NCBI GenBank assembly: GCA_965249575.1
Contig: OZ252244.1
Coordinates: 527,127 to 591,126, forward strand
Source of the DNA: Gemmatimonadales bacterium
GTDB lineage: Bacteria; Gemmatimonadota; Gemmatimonadetes; Gemmatimonadales; GWC2-71-9
Length of the DNA stretch: 64,000 nucleotides
Direction of reading: 5' to 3'
The number at the start of each line of letters is the position of its first letter. The stretch's first letter is position 1. The notes beneath the pieces were generated by a model. That model was not told the origin of the DNA and searched no databases. It worked only from the letters and a program-made list of their open reading frames with translations. Positions 55,725 to 64,000 of the stretch are shown piece after piece. Made by a program: the position numbers and the translations under genes.

Positions 55725-57560
55725 GTGCCCACCGGGATAGGTATCACCTATCTCGACGGCCGCAGACTTGCCAGGAGCTTGGCGGCGGCCGCGGACTGGG
55801 TCGATGCCCTGCGGGAGGAACTCAACCGGATCAACGTCTTCCCGGTTCCTGACGGCGATACTGGAACCAACTTCGCCTCGACGCTGCGAGCGGTCGCCGA
55901 CGCCGTGAGCGCGCCCGGGCACCGGCCGCTACAAGTAATCTCACAGACGGTTGCCGAAGCCGGCATCCTGGCCGCCCGCGGCAATTCCGGTCTCCTCTTC
56001 TCCGAATTCCTATCTGGCTTTCAGGATGGATTGGGCGGCGTCCAGCGCGCCACCACCGACCACGTGGCTGCGGCCATGCGCGTGGGAGCAGACCGCCTGG
56101 CGGCTGCGTTGGATGAGCCGGTCGAGGGAACGATCCTCACGCTGGCCCGAGAGACAGCCATCGCGGCTGAGCGCTCCGCGCGGGCAACGAAGAATTTTGA
56201 AGTCCTCCTATCCGAGGTGGTGCGGCACGCGAAACGTTCTCTCGAACAGACACCCGAGCTGCTCCCCTCGCTCAAGGAGGCGGGGGTCGTAGATGCCGGA
56301 GCTAAAGCATTCGTGCGAACGCTCGAGGGCATTCTCCGACTCATGAAGGGCCAGCCAGTCGCCGATACAGCGCAGCCGGCAGTGGGTGAGACCCACGATG
56401 CCGCGGCGGTGGCGCGGGTGTCGGCGAACCGCGACTATCGTTTCTGCACGCAGGTGTTAGTGCGCGGAGAAGGCCTGCCCGAGACCGCCGCCGTTCGAGC
56501 AGCGCTGCGGGATCTGGGAGGGTCGGTTGTGGCGCTGGGAGGGCGCGAGCTCCTCAAGCTCCACATCCACACCGATACACCCGAGCGCGTCTTCGAGCTC
56601 GCCTCAACGTGGGGGGAAGTGGAGTCGCGGAGCGCCGAAGACGTTCGTGAGCAGCATCGGATGCGCCACCAAGCACTCCGGACCCTCACGGTAGTCGTGG
56701 ATTCCTCGTGCGATCTGCCACAGTCGCTCGTCGACCGATATGGAGTACTCGTAGTTCCCCTTCAAATCATCGCGGGCAACCGAACCTATCAGGACGGAGT
56801 GGATCTGAAGCGCGGGCAGGTGTACGAACTGATGCGCGACGCGGGAACTCCGGTGACGACGTCGCAGCCCCCGCCCGGAGCCTTCGCGAACGCGTACCGG
56901 GAAGGGCTGGGGACCGCGCAGGAGGTGTTATGCCTAACCCTCGCATCGGCTCTGTCGGGTACGTTCAGCTCGGCCCAGGCAGCCGCACGTGTGCACGGCG
57001 GATCGGGCATTACCGTGGTGGACTCGAGGAGCGGGTCCCTGGGGCTGGGGCTACTCGCCCTTCGTGCCGTCGAGCTTGCCGACCGTGGTCTCGAGCCAGC
57101 GGCGATCTGCGCTGATCTGGAGCGCACGCGCGCCCGTTCCGGAGGTCTCTTCACGGTCGACACGTTTGAGAACCTGCTCCGATCTGGGCGCGTGTCCCGC
57201 AGCCGGGCATGGCTCGGGAGCTTGCTCGACCTCAAGCCGATCCTGGAAATCGATCAGCGCGGTCGGGTCGTGCCGCTAGATCGCGTGCGGGGCCAAACGG
57301 CTCTCCTCCCGCGGGTGCTCGATCATCTCGAGCGGCGTCTCACACCCGGGGTGCGCCACCTCCGGTTCGGCGTGACCCACGCCAACGCCGAGAAGACGGC
57401 ACACGAGGTCGCGGCGGCTCTGGTCGCGCGATTCAGCCCAGCCGCCTGCGTGGTAGCCCCCGTTACGGCGACAATCGGAGTGCATACGGGTCCTGGTGCC
57501 TGGAGTATCTTCTATCAGGAGGAAGACGATTCACTCGAAGCGGCCGAAACACCGCGCTAG
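55725..57560 (+). CDS. DAK2 (DhaL-like) domain fused to a DegV fatty-acid-binding domain
   Basis: The N-terminal part reads ..LNRINVFPVPDGDTGTNFASTLRAV..ARGNSGLLFSEFL... The C-terminal part reads LTVVVDSSCDLPQSLVDRYGVLVVPLQIIAGNRTYQDGVDL..TTSQPPPGAF..LASALSGTFSSAQ..VVDSRSGSLGLG..LLDLKPILE.. Confidence 0.8.
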   Translation: MPTGIGITYLDGRRLARSLAAAADWVDALREELNRINVFPVPDGDTGTNFASTLRAVADAVSAPGHRPLQVISQTVAEAGILAARGNSGLLFSEFLSGFQDGLGGVQRATTDHVAAAMRVGADRLAAALDEPVEGTILTLARETAIAAERSARATKNFEVLLSEVVRHAKRSLEQTPELLPSLKEAGVVDAGAKAFVRTLEGILRLMKGQPVADTAQPAVGETHDAAAVARVSANRDYRFCTQVLVRGEGLPETAAVRAALRDLGGSVVALGGRELLKLHIHTDTPERVFELASTWGEVESRSAEDVREQHRMRHQALRTLTVVVDSSCDLPQSLVDRYGVLVVPLQIIAGNRTYQDGVDLKRGQVYELMRDAGTPVTTSQPPPGAFANAYREGLGTAQEVLCLTLASALSGTFSSAQAAARVHGGSGITVVDSRSGSLGLGLLALRAVELADRGLEPAAICADLERTRARSGGLFTVDTFENLLRSGRVSRSRAWLGSLLDLKPILEIDQRGRVVPLDRVRGQTALLPRVLDHLERRLTPGVRHLRFGVTHANAEKTAHEVAAALVARFSPAACVVAPVTATIGVHTGPGAWSIFYQEEDDSLEAAETPR

Positions 57561-57574
57561 CCCGCGGCTCCACG

Positions 57575-57940
57575 ATGGGTAAGACCCGCTGGGAATTCCC
57601 CAATGAGATCCGGCTGGTGCTCGAGGTGCTCGAGGAGCACCGGGCGGCCGACGTCACCGTCCTGGACTTGCGGGAGCTGAGCGACGCCACGGATTATTTC
57701 ATAATCGCAACCGGCTCCTCGGACACGCACGTCCGTGCACTCACCGAGCGACTCGCGGAAACGCTAAAGAAGATGGGCGCGCAACCGCACCACATCGAGG
57801 GATTGCAGGCTGGACGGTGGGTACTGCTAGATTTCGTCGATTTCGTGATACACGTGTTTCATCCCACCCTGCGGGAGTTCTACCAGTTGGAGCGGCTGTG
57901 GTCCGACGCCCCGTCGTTGGTATCCAGCGGGGGCGTTTGA
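57575..57940 (+). CDS. rsfS: Ribosome silencing factor RsfS
   Basis: The ATG at 57575 lies inside the longer track ORF. ..AADVTVLDLRELSDATDYFIIATGSSDTHVRAL..WVLLDFVDFVIHVFHPTLREFYQLERLW.. Confidence 0.9.
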   Translation: MGKTRWEFPNEIRLVLEVLEEHRAADVTVLDLRELSDATDYFIIATGSSDTHVRALTERLAETLKKMGAQPHHIEGLQAGRWVLLDFVDFVIHVFHPTLREFYQLERLWSDAPSLVSSGGV

Positions 57941-57942
57941 CG

Positions 57943-60900
57943 GTGCTGCATCGGGCAATGCTTGTGGTCGGGCTCGCGGCGACCCTGCCGGGTGGCGTCG
58001 AGGCCCAGTATTTCGGCCAGAACAAGGTTCAGTACCGCCACATGGATTTCTCGGTCATCGCGACCGAACACTTCGACATCCACTACTACGATGGCCACCG
58101 TCAGGCGGCAATTGACGCGGCCCGGATGGCCGAACGGGCCTACGCCCGACTCTCGCACATCCTCAATCACGAATACCGCCAGCGACAACCGATCATCCTG
58201 TACGGATCCCACACGGAGTTCCAGCAGAACAACGTCACCGACATCGCCGAGGGCACCGGCGGAGTCACGGATCCGTTCCGCCACCGCGTCATGCTCCCGT
58301 TTACAGGATCGGCGAACGACTTCGAGCATGTGTTGCAACACGAAATCGTGCACCAGTTCCAGTTCGACGTGTTCGCGCGCGGACGGATCGGGGCGGGCAT
58401 CCAGCGGCTGATATCGGTCAATCCTCCGCTCTGGCTCATGGAGGGCATGGCCGAATACCTCTCGCTCGGGGCAATCGACGCCAATACGGCCATGTGGTTG
58501 CGGGATGCGGCGCTCGAGGGACGGCTACCGACCATCGAACAACTCACGTATGACCCCCGGGTGTTCCCTTATCGGTTCGGTCACGGCCTGTTAGCGCACA
58601 TCGGTTCCCGGTGGGGGGACGAAGCAATCGGTGAGATCCTTCACGCCGTCGCCGCTTCGGGAGTCGAACAGGGACTGCAGCGCGCCCTCGGGATGTCGCT
58701 GGAAGAGCTCTCAGAAGAATGGCGAACGGCGGTCCAGCGAGCATACCTCCCGGAAATCGCCGATCGCCAGCGGCCCCGCGAGTTCGGGCGACCGGTGCTC
58801 ACGCGGCGCCGTTCCAGCGGCACGCTGCACGTATCGCCCGCCTTGTCCCCTGATGGCAGTGAGATCGCCTATTTCTCGGAGGGGAAGTCCTTCTTCGTCG
58901 ATCTCTACGTCGCCGACGCCGAGACCGGCAAGGTGCGCCGGCGCCTGGTGAAGAGCGCATTCAGTACCGACTTCGAGAGCGTACGGTTCTTGAATTCGTC
59001 CGGCACGTGGTCGCGGGACGGCAAGTACTTCGCTATCGCCGCCAAGCGGGGTGGCCGGGACGACCTCGTGATTTTCGACATGAAACGCTATCGGGTCCAC
59101 CGCCGGATCGAGGTGCCGCTGGCTGGCCTAACGAATCCTTCGTGGTCCCCCGACGGAACCCGCCTCGTGTTCACCGGCTATGACGGGGGACTGTCCGACC
59201 TGTACATCATCAATGTCGACGGCACCGGCATCTCGCGACTCACCCACGACCGGTTCGCAGATCTGCATCCGGTCTGGTCGCCCAACGGAATGACGATCGC
59301 GTTTGCCACCGATCGTGGGGATGATAGTGATCTCGAGAGCCTCAAGTTTGGCTCATTGAAGGTCGCCCTCTACAGCATTCGCTCCGGACGTATCGACGTA
59401 TTGCCATCTATGCAGGGGGCCAACAGCAACCCTCAGTGGGGGCCCGACGGCCGGACGATCGCCTACCTCTCCGATCGGACGGGCGTTCGAAACGTGTTTC
59501 TCCACGACCTCAATGAGGCTGTCGATTACCAGCTCACCGACGTCTTCACGGGTATAGCGGGCATCACACCGCTTTCCCCCGCCCTTTCATGGGCGATCGA
59601 AGCCGACAGGCTGGCCTTCTCCCACTACGAGCGCGGGCGATACAACGTCTACGCAGTCGACAACCCCCGCTCGCTCCGGCGCCAGCCATACCGCAACGCG
59701 GACCCAGCGCCGATCGTCGTAGCGTCGGCGTCGCAGACCACAGACGCCGTCGCGCGCGCTGCCTCTCCTCCCATGCAACCGGCGAACCCGGATCGGCCCA
59801 AACGCTCTCTCGTGGCCGAAGCGGCCTCCTACTATCGCTTTTCGGGAGGCTTTCGCGCGTCCGAGGTGGTGCCGGCGGACGGGCGAACCGAACATCCGGT
59901 ATCAGTAATGCGGCTCTTGGACAGCGCGAACTTGGCGCTGCCGGATACGAACGAGTTCATCTTCCGAACGTATGCCGCGAAACTCAGCCCCGACTACGTC
60001 GTGCGCCCGACCGTTGGATACGCGCGCGACAACTTCGGCAGCGGCGTGTTCGGCGGAACCGCGATCTCGCTGTCAGACATCCTGGGTAACCACCGCATGG
60101 TGCTCGCCGGGCAGGTCAACGGGAGAATAGATGAAGCGCAGGTGCTCGGGGCATACGCGAATCTGAGCCGCCGGACCAATTGGGCGGCCGGCATCCAACA
60201 GGATCCCATTTTCTTCTATTCTGGCAGCGGCTTTGGATCTGATGCGCAGGGCAATCCCGCCTTCACCACGCGCCTCGAGCGATTTGTGGTGCGCCAGGCA
60301 TTCATCGAAGCCTTCCGGCCTTTTAACCGTTTCCGGAGAATCGAGTTCGGGATGAAAGCCGTGAACGTCGATCGAGCACTCCAGACATTTGAAGAAGCCT
60401 ACGATCCCGTATCCGGCCTGATCTACGATGCGAGGCTCGACGTGCAGGGCCTTGGAAGCAACAGCTACATCCAGCCGACCATCGCCATGGTTTTCGACAA
60501 CTCACTGTCCCTGTACGTCGGTCCGTTCGCCGGCCGGCGCAGCCGATTCGAGTATTCGCCGGCGTACGGCCAGTGGCGCTTCCACCAGTTCTTGGGCGAT
60601 TATCGGCGGTACGACCGCCTCCTGGGACCGTTCACGCTCGCTACGCGGCTCCTCTTCTTCGGAAGGTTCGGCCGAGACAGCGAGCAGTTCCCGCTGTTCC
60701 TGGGTCGGCCAGAGCTGGTGCGTGGGTACACGGCGGGTTCCTTCCGTCGGAACGAGTGTCGGGCGAGCAGCCCCGCTACGCTGTCTTCGTGCGGCGCGCT
60801 GGATCAACTGAGCGGCTCGAGAGTAGCGGTGGCCAACGCCGAACTTCGCTTTCCGCTCCTGCGGCAAGCTGCGCTGGGGTTTCTGCCCATCGGTTTCCCT

Positions 60901-61140
60901 CCGATAGAGGGCGCCTTCTTCTTCGATGCGGGTCTCGCGTGGCGGGCAGGTGTGGACTTGGTGTGGGACCGTTCGACGGGTCAAGACCCCCGCGCGGTTC
61001 GGCAGCCGCTCAAGAGCTGGGGTTTTTCGGTGAGGGCCAATATTCTAGGCTTCGTGATCCTCCGCGCCGATTACGCGAAGCCGCTCGATCGGAAAGGCCA
61101 GGGATCGTATTGGACTCTCAGCCTGGGCCCGACCTTCTAG
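57943..61140 (+). CDS. Giant exported fusion: HExxH metalloprotease-like domain + TolB-type beta-propeller + C-terminal Omp85/surface-antigen-like beta-barrel
   Basis: The start is GTG at 57943 or ATG at 57958 (signal MLVVGLAATLPGGVEA/QYFGQNKVQY). FEHVLQHEIVHQF..MEGMAEYLS; propeller motifs SPALSPDGSEIAYF, SWSPDGTRLVFTG, HPVWSPNGMTIAFATDRG, NPQWGPDGRTIAYLSDRTG; the barrel-like end reads ..FFFDAGLAW..ILRADYAKPL..YWTLSLGPTF* with a terminal Phe. Confidence 0.8.
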   Translation: MLHRAMLVVGLAATLPGGVEAQYFGQNKVQYRHMDFSVIATEHFDIHYYDGHRQAAIDAARMAERAYARLSHILNHEYRQRQPIILYGSHTEFQQNNVTDIAEGTGGVTDPFRHRVMLPFTGSANDFEHVLQHEIVHQFQFDVFARGRIGAGIQRLISVNPPLWLMEGMAEYLSLGAIDANTAMWLRDAALEGRLPTIEQLTYDPRVFPYRFGHGLLAHIGSRWGDEAIGEILHAVAASGVEQGLQRALGMSLEELSEEWRTAVQRAYLPEIADRQRPREFGRPVLTRRRSSGTLHVSPALSPDGSEIAYFSEGKSFFVDLYVADAETGKVRRRLVKSAFSTDFESVRFLNSSGTWSRDGKYFAIAAKRGGRDDLVIFDMKRYRVHRRIEVPLAGLTNPSWSPDGTRLVFTGYDGGLSDLYIINVDGTGISRLTHDRFADLHPVWSPNGMTIAFATDRGDDSDLESLKFGSLKVALYSIRSGRIDVLPSMQGANSNPQWGPDGRTIAYLSDRTGVRNVFLHDLNEAVDYQLTDVFTGIAGITPLSPALSWAIEADRLAFSHYERGRYNVYAVDNPRSLRRQPYRNADPAPIVVASASQTTDAVARAASPPMQPANPDRPKRSLVAEAASYYRFSGGFRASEVVPADGRTEHPVSVMRLLDSANLALPDTNEFIFRTYAAKLSPDYVVRPTVGYARDNFGSGVFGGTAISLSDILGNHRMVLAGQVNGRIDEAQVLGAYANLSRRTNWAAGIQQDPIFFYSGSGFGSDAQGNPAFTTRLERFVVRQAFIEAFRPFNRFRRIEFGMKAVNVDRALQTFEEAYDPVSGLIYDARLDVQGLGSNSYIQPTIAMVFDNSLSLYVGPFAGRRSRFEYSPAYGQWRFHQFLGDYRRYDRLLGPFTLATRLLFFGRFGRDSEQFPLFLGRPELVRGYTAGSFRRNECRASSPATLSSCGALDQLSGSRVAVANAELRFPLLRQAALGFLPIGFPPIEGAFFFDAGLAWRAGVDLVWDRSTGQDPRAVRQPLKSWGFSVRANILGFVILRADYAKPLDRKGQGSYWTLSLGPTF

Positions 61141-61189
61141 CGCGGAGCGGCGGCTGACTCCCCCGCTCAGGGCCCTCATCCCGCTTGAT

Positions 61190-62614
61190 TTGTCCCGCCG
61201 CCGCGCTAAGTATTCATTCGTGAGACGCTATGAATGGGTCGCCGCCACTCCCTTCCTTGCAGTCGTGCTCCTCGCTTGCGGTTCCACCCCCGCGTCCAAT
61301 CCCGTCAGGGAAGCGTTCGCCGAGCGGCCGGCGGCGCGCGAGTACGGGACGCCGGTCGCCTTTCGTTTTCCGGTCTCCGCAAGGGGCTCCATCAGCGTCC
61401 ACCTGCTACCAGGACTCCAGGAGTTGTCGTGGCGGCTCGAGGCGCCCGGGCTGGCAATCGACCGGGTGCCTGGGTTTAGCATGGACGAGGATGAGGTTTA
61501 CCTCCTGAGCCCAGGGGGAGAACTCTTCGCGCTCGACCTCATGACTGGCCGTCCGAGAACCGTTGACACCGTTGTTTCGTTGGCGGCACTGGGACCCACC
61601 GGTACTCCACACCTCGTGCGGCTCGACAGAACGATCGCATCCGTCCAGAACCGCCGCCCTGTTTCGTGGACCGATACACTCGCGGCTCATCCTGACGCAA
61701 TCTGGGGCGCCGGGCGCGGCCGCCTCCTGGCCGAGGTTCGGGACGAAGAACGGTCAATGTTCGTGTTGAGCGCCAACCAGGAACCGGTCCGCATCGCTCT
61801 GCCGGACGGATTGCTTGCCACATCGATGTGGGGCGACGTGATCGCTATCGGCACCGATTCCGGGCCTCTCTTGATCGATCCGGCCGCGGCGGCCGAGCCG
61901 GTCCACGTCCGAACCGAGCGGCCTGTTACGGCACTGGCCTTTTCACCATCGGCCCACCGCATCTACGTGATCGAGGCGGGTGGCCACCTGGCGGACGTCG
62001 ACCGGTTCGGGGGACGAGTCCTCTCTCGCATTCAATTACCCGGCGAGGCGGATGCAATTCGGGCAGACCCGATGGGACGACTCCTCTTGGTCAAGCAGTC
62101 GTTCGCTGAGACGATCTGGATCGTGCGCATCACGGAGCTGTGCGTGGAGGCGTCGGTATCGGGTTCTTGGGCGGCGGACCTCCCCGCCGTGGCGACGGAC
62201 GGCACGGTCCTGCTTCGCCAGGGTGATGATATCGTGGCCCTCGCGTTGGATTCGCTGCAACCGACCGGACGCGTGTCCGGGGGCGCAGGAGACCGCTGGC
62301 TGGCAGTGGCGTGGGACCCAAGGCGCCCGATTCTCGATTTAGCCGAAGGCGACGACGACGCCGAAGTGCTGACAGAGCTGGAAATCTACGTGCAGCTGAG
62401 CAGTACCAGTAACGAGGCGTGGGCCGAGGATGCCGCAAGGGGTCTCCGGCAAGCCGGCATGAACGCCACGGTCCTCAGGTCCGAATTCCCCGACGACGGG
62501 TACCGAGTCGTGCTCGGCCCCTATCCGACGCGCGAGGCGGCCGAAGATATCGGCCGAAAGCTCGGGCGACCGTATTGGATCTTCACACGCGAAGCCGGCC
62601 CATCCGTGCCATGA
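61190..62614 (+). CDS. Lipoprotein with beta-rich N-terminal region and C-terminal SPOR domain
   Basis: Lipobox FLAVVLLACGS; the start is TTG at 61190 or GTG at 61220. The C-terminus EIYVQLSSTSNEAWAEDAARGLRQAGMNATVLRSEFPDDGYRVVLGPYPTREAAEDIGRKLG is SPOR-like. Confidence 0.7.
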   Translation: MSRRRAKYSFVRRYEWVAATPFLAVVLLACGSTPASNPVREAFAERPAAREYGTPVAFRFPVSARGSISVHLLPGLQELSWRLEAPGLAIDRVPGFSMDEDEVYLLSPGGELFALDLMTGRPRTVDTVVSLAALGPTGTPHLVRLDRTIASVQNRRPVSWTDTLAAHPDAIWGAGRGRLLAEVRDEERSMFVLSANQEPVRIALPDGLLATSMWGDVIAIGTDSGPLLIDPAAAAEPVHVRTERPVTALAFSPSAHRIYVIEAGGHLADVDRFGGRVLSRIQLPGEADAIRADPMGRLLLVKQSFAETIWIVRITELCVEASVSGSWAADLPAVATDGTVLLRQGDDIVALALDSLQPTGRVSGGAGDRWLAVAWDPRRPILDLAEGDDDAEVLTELEIYVQLSSTSNEAWAEDAARGLRQAGMNATVLRSEFPDDGYRVVLGPYPTREAAEDIGRKLGRPYWIFTREAGPSVP

Positions 62615-63934
62615 CCACTCGGGAGCTGACCCGGGCCCAGCTCCCCAAACTCGCCTCCTGGCTTCTCGTGGACGCCAACACCGTGGTCCTCATCCCAGCA
62701 ACGGAAGACGCCGGATGGGCAGCCAGCGCGGCCTGGGACTTCGCTCGGGCCGCGGTGTCGGGCGCACGGCGCGTCGTGTTGGTGGATCTGAGCGTCGAAG
62801 ACCCAATGTTGGATCGCGGAGCCCGAACCAGCGGGCCCGAGGGCATCGTCGATGCCTTCATCTACGGCGCCTCCTTGAGTTACGTAGCTCAGGAGCAGGA
62901 AGTCCCGGGCCTCCACTATATCGGTGCCGGAACCCATCCGACGGACCCGACCGAGGTGTGGAACAGCCCTCGGTGGCCACGGCTTTCCCGGGGATTTGCC
63001 AGCGAAGGCGCGCTGTTGATCCTGTTCGCGCCCCCGGCCGCGCTATCGGAGCTCACCGTGGCCCCCGACGGGCTCGTCGTGTTAGCGCCCAACGGGTACG
63101 ACGCCAGTCAGGGGCAGTACCCAGAGATCGCGGACAAGATCGCACGGGGGACGCCGCTGTTGGGCATCGTAGTGGATCAGCCTCGCTCGGACGAACCAGT
63201 GTCGATACTCGGTGAATCCTTTCGCCGGTCGCGACGGATCACCTTCGGCAGGGTAAACACCAGCACGGCGATCGTCGCCTCCGCGTTGCTCGTCGGGACC
63301 GGGCTCACCGCTGTCGCCCTCTTGCGGCAACCTGACGATCCCGTGCCAGCCGACACGGTGCCCTCCGTCGCGACGCTCGAACCGACCGCGGACATCCCAC
63401 CGGCAACACAACCGACTCCGCCGCCTCCGCCCCCGCCCCAGTCAGCACGGGAGCCCGATCCGGGCGACTCGCTGTTCTACTCCGTTCAGGTAGCGGCGTT
63501 TAACACACTCCCTCGAGCGATGTCGTACGTCAGCGAGCTCGAAGAGGAGCAGTGGGTCGCACTGGCAAGTCCAGTCCGCCTGGGACATATGGTACCGCGT
63601 CTTCGTTGGAACGTTCCCCAATTCGAGCGCGGCAGATTCGACGCTACGGGCCATGTGGCGGTCGAGGCTCCTCGACCGCCCGCAGGGAACTATTCTTCGG
63701 ACGCGCAATGCGTACTTGATCGGTGAAGGCATCACCGTGGACGCCGCACGCGACCGAGCCGAGGGGCTGCGTGCGAGCGGGATTCCGGCGTACATTGTAA
63801 CGGTCCCAGGGGGAGAAGCGCGGATCTACCTCGGCGCCTTCGAGGGTCCGAACCAGGCGCGCGCTGCGGACTCACTGCTCGCCTCCGCAAGCATCACCGC
63901 CACTCTCGTTCCACGGATGGGAATCGCCCGATGA
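62611..63934 (+). CDS. Degenerate P-loop (ParA/BY-kinase-like) domain - TM - Pro-rich linker - two SPOR domains; one frame change inside the first SPOR domain
   Basis: The ATG at 62611 overlaps the upstream stop (ATGA). ..VVLIPATEDAGWAASAAWDFARAAVSGARRVVLVDLSVEDP..LHYIGAGTHPTDPTEVW..LLILFAPP..; a TM segment AIVASALLVGTGLTAVALL; PPPPPPP; then FYSVQVAAFNTLPRAMSYVSELEEEQWVALASPVRLG in one frame and DIWYRVFVGTFPNSSAADSTLRAMW..AYLIGEGITVDAARDRAEGLRASGIPAYIVTV..IYLGAFEGPNQARAAD.. in the next (break at ~63581-63590; track ORFs 62419-63726 and 63653-63934). Confidence 0.65.
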
Positions 63935-64000
63935 GGCTGACGAAGCTCCACCTGGCGGGATTCAAATCGTTTGCCGACGCGGTCGTGCTCCAGGTCGACG
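63931..64000 (+). CDS. smc: Chromosome segregation protein SMC, N-terminal start (continues beyond the window)
   Basis: ATGA overlap with the upstream stop. MRLTKLHLAGFKSFADAVVLQVD.. is the canonical SMC N-terminus. Confidence 0.8.
   Translation, partial: MRLTKLHLAGFKSFADAVVLQVD

Overview
High-GC bacterial chromosomal segment. The kinase, TPR and TolB architectures and the housekeeping gene order look Gemmatimonadota- or Acidobacteriota-like, but this lineage guess is inference only. I recognised no rRNA, tRNA, CRISPR array, transposase, integrase or phage gene. The window has two parts. (1) About 1-46 kb is accessory-like. It holds a minus-strand tandem array of Ser/Thr kinases (1-11.4 kb), of which one is intact, one runs off the window edge, two are frame-broken and one is reduced to its two ends with a DUF1330 gene in the middle. 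The array includes a duplicated kinase-5'/Uma2 junction. Next comes a tract of gene fragments (12.1-18 kb): a DUF1761 stub, a GMC oxidoreductase with an internal deletion, an SDR tail and a broken M14-like peptidase. Then come exported hydrolases. The most interesting part is four paralogous secreted, His-rich beta-propeller proteins (24.9-39.0 kb), interleaved with a DUF5916/CBM9-like outer-membrane-type protein, a DUF5666 repeat lipoprotein, a 4-TM protein and a TauE/SafE exporter. A sixth kinase lies at 40.7-43.6 kb. (2) About 46-64 kb is core: pcm, a threonine dehydratase-like gene, prs, rplY/ctc, pth, hppA, ychF, rpsF-rpsR-DUF2232-rplI, a DAK2-DegV fusion, rsfS, a giant HExxH-TolB-Omp85 fusion, two SPOR proteins and the start of smc. 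Two recurring sequence-level signals stand out. Purine/G-rich heptad repeats and long G/C palindromes sit immediately 3' of stop codons. Single-base frame breaks all fall in short homopolymers, so they may be consensus errors and are flagged as verify. The larger lesions cannot be explained that way. All family calls rest on my reading of the translations, since no searches could be run.
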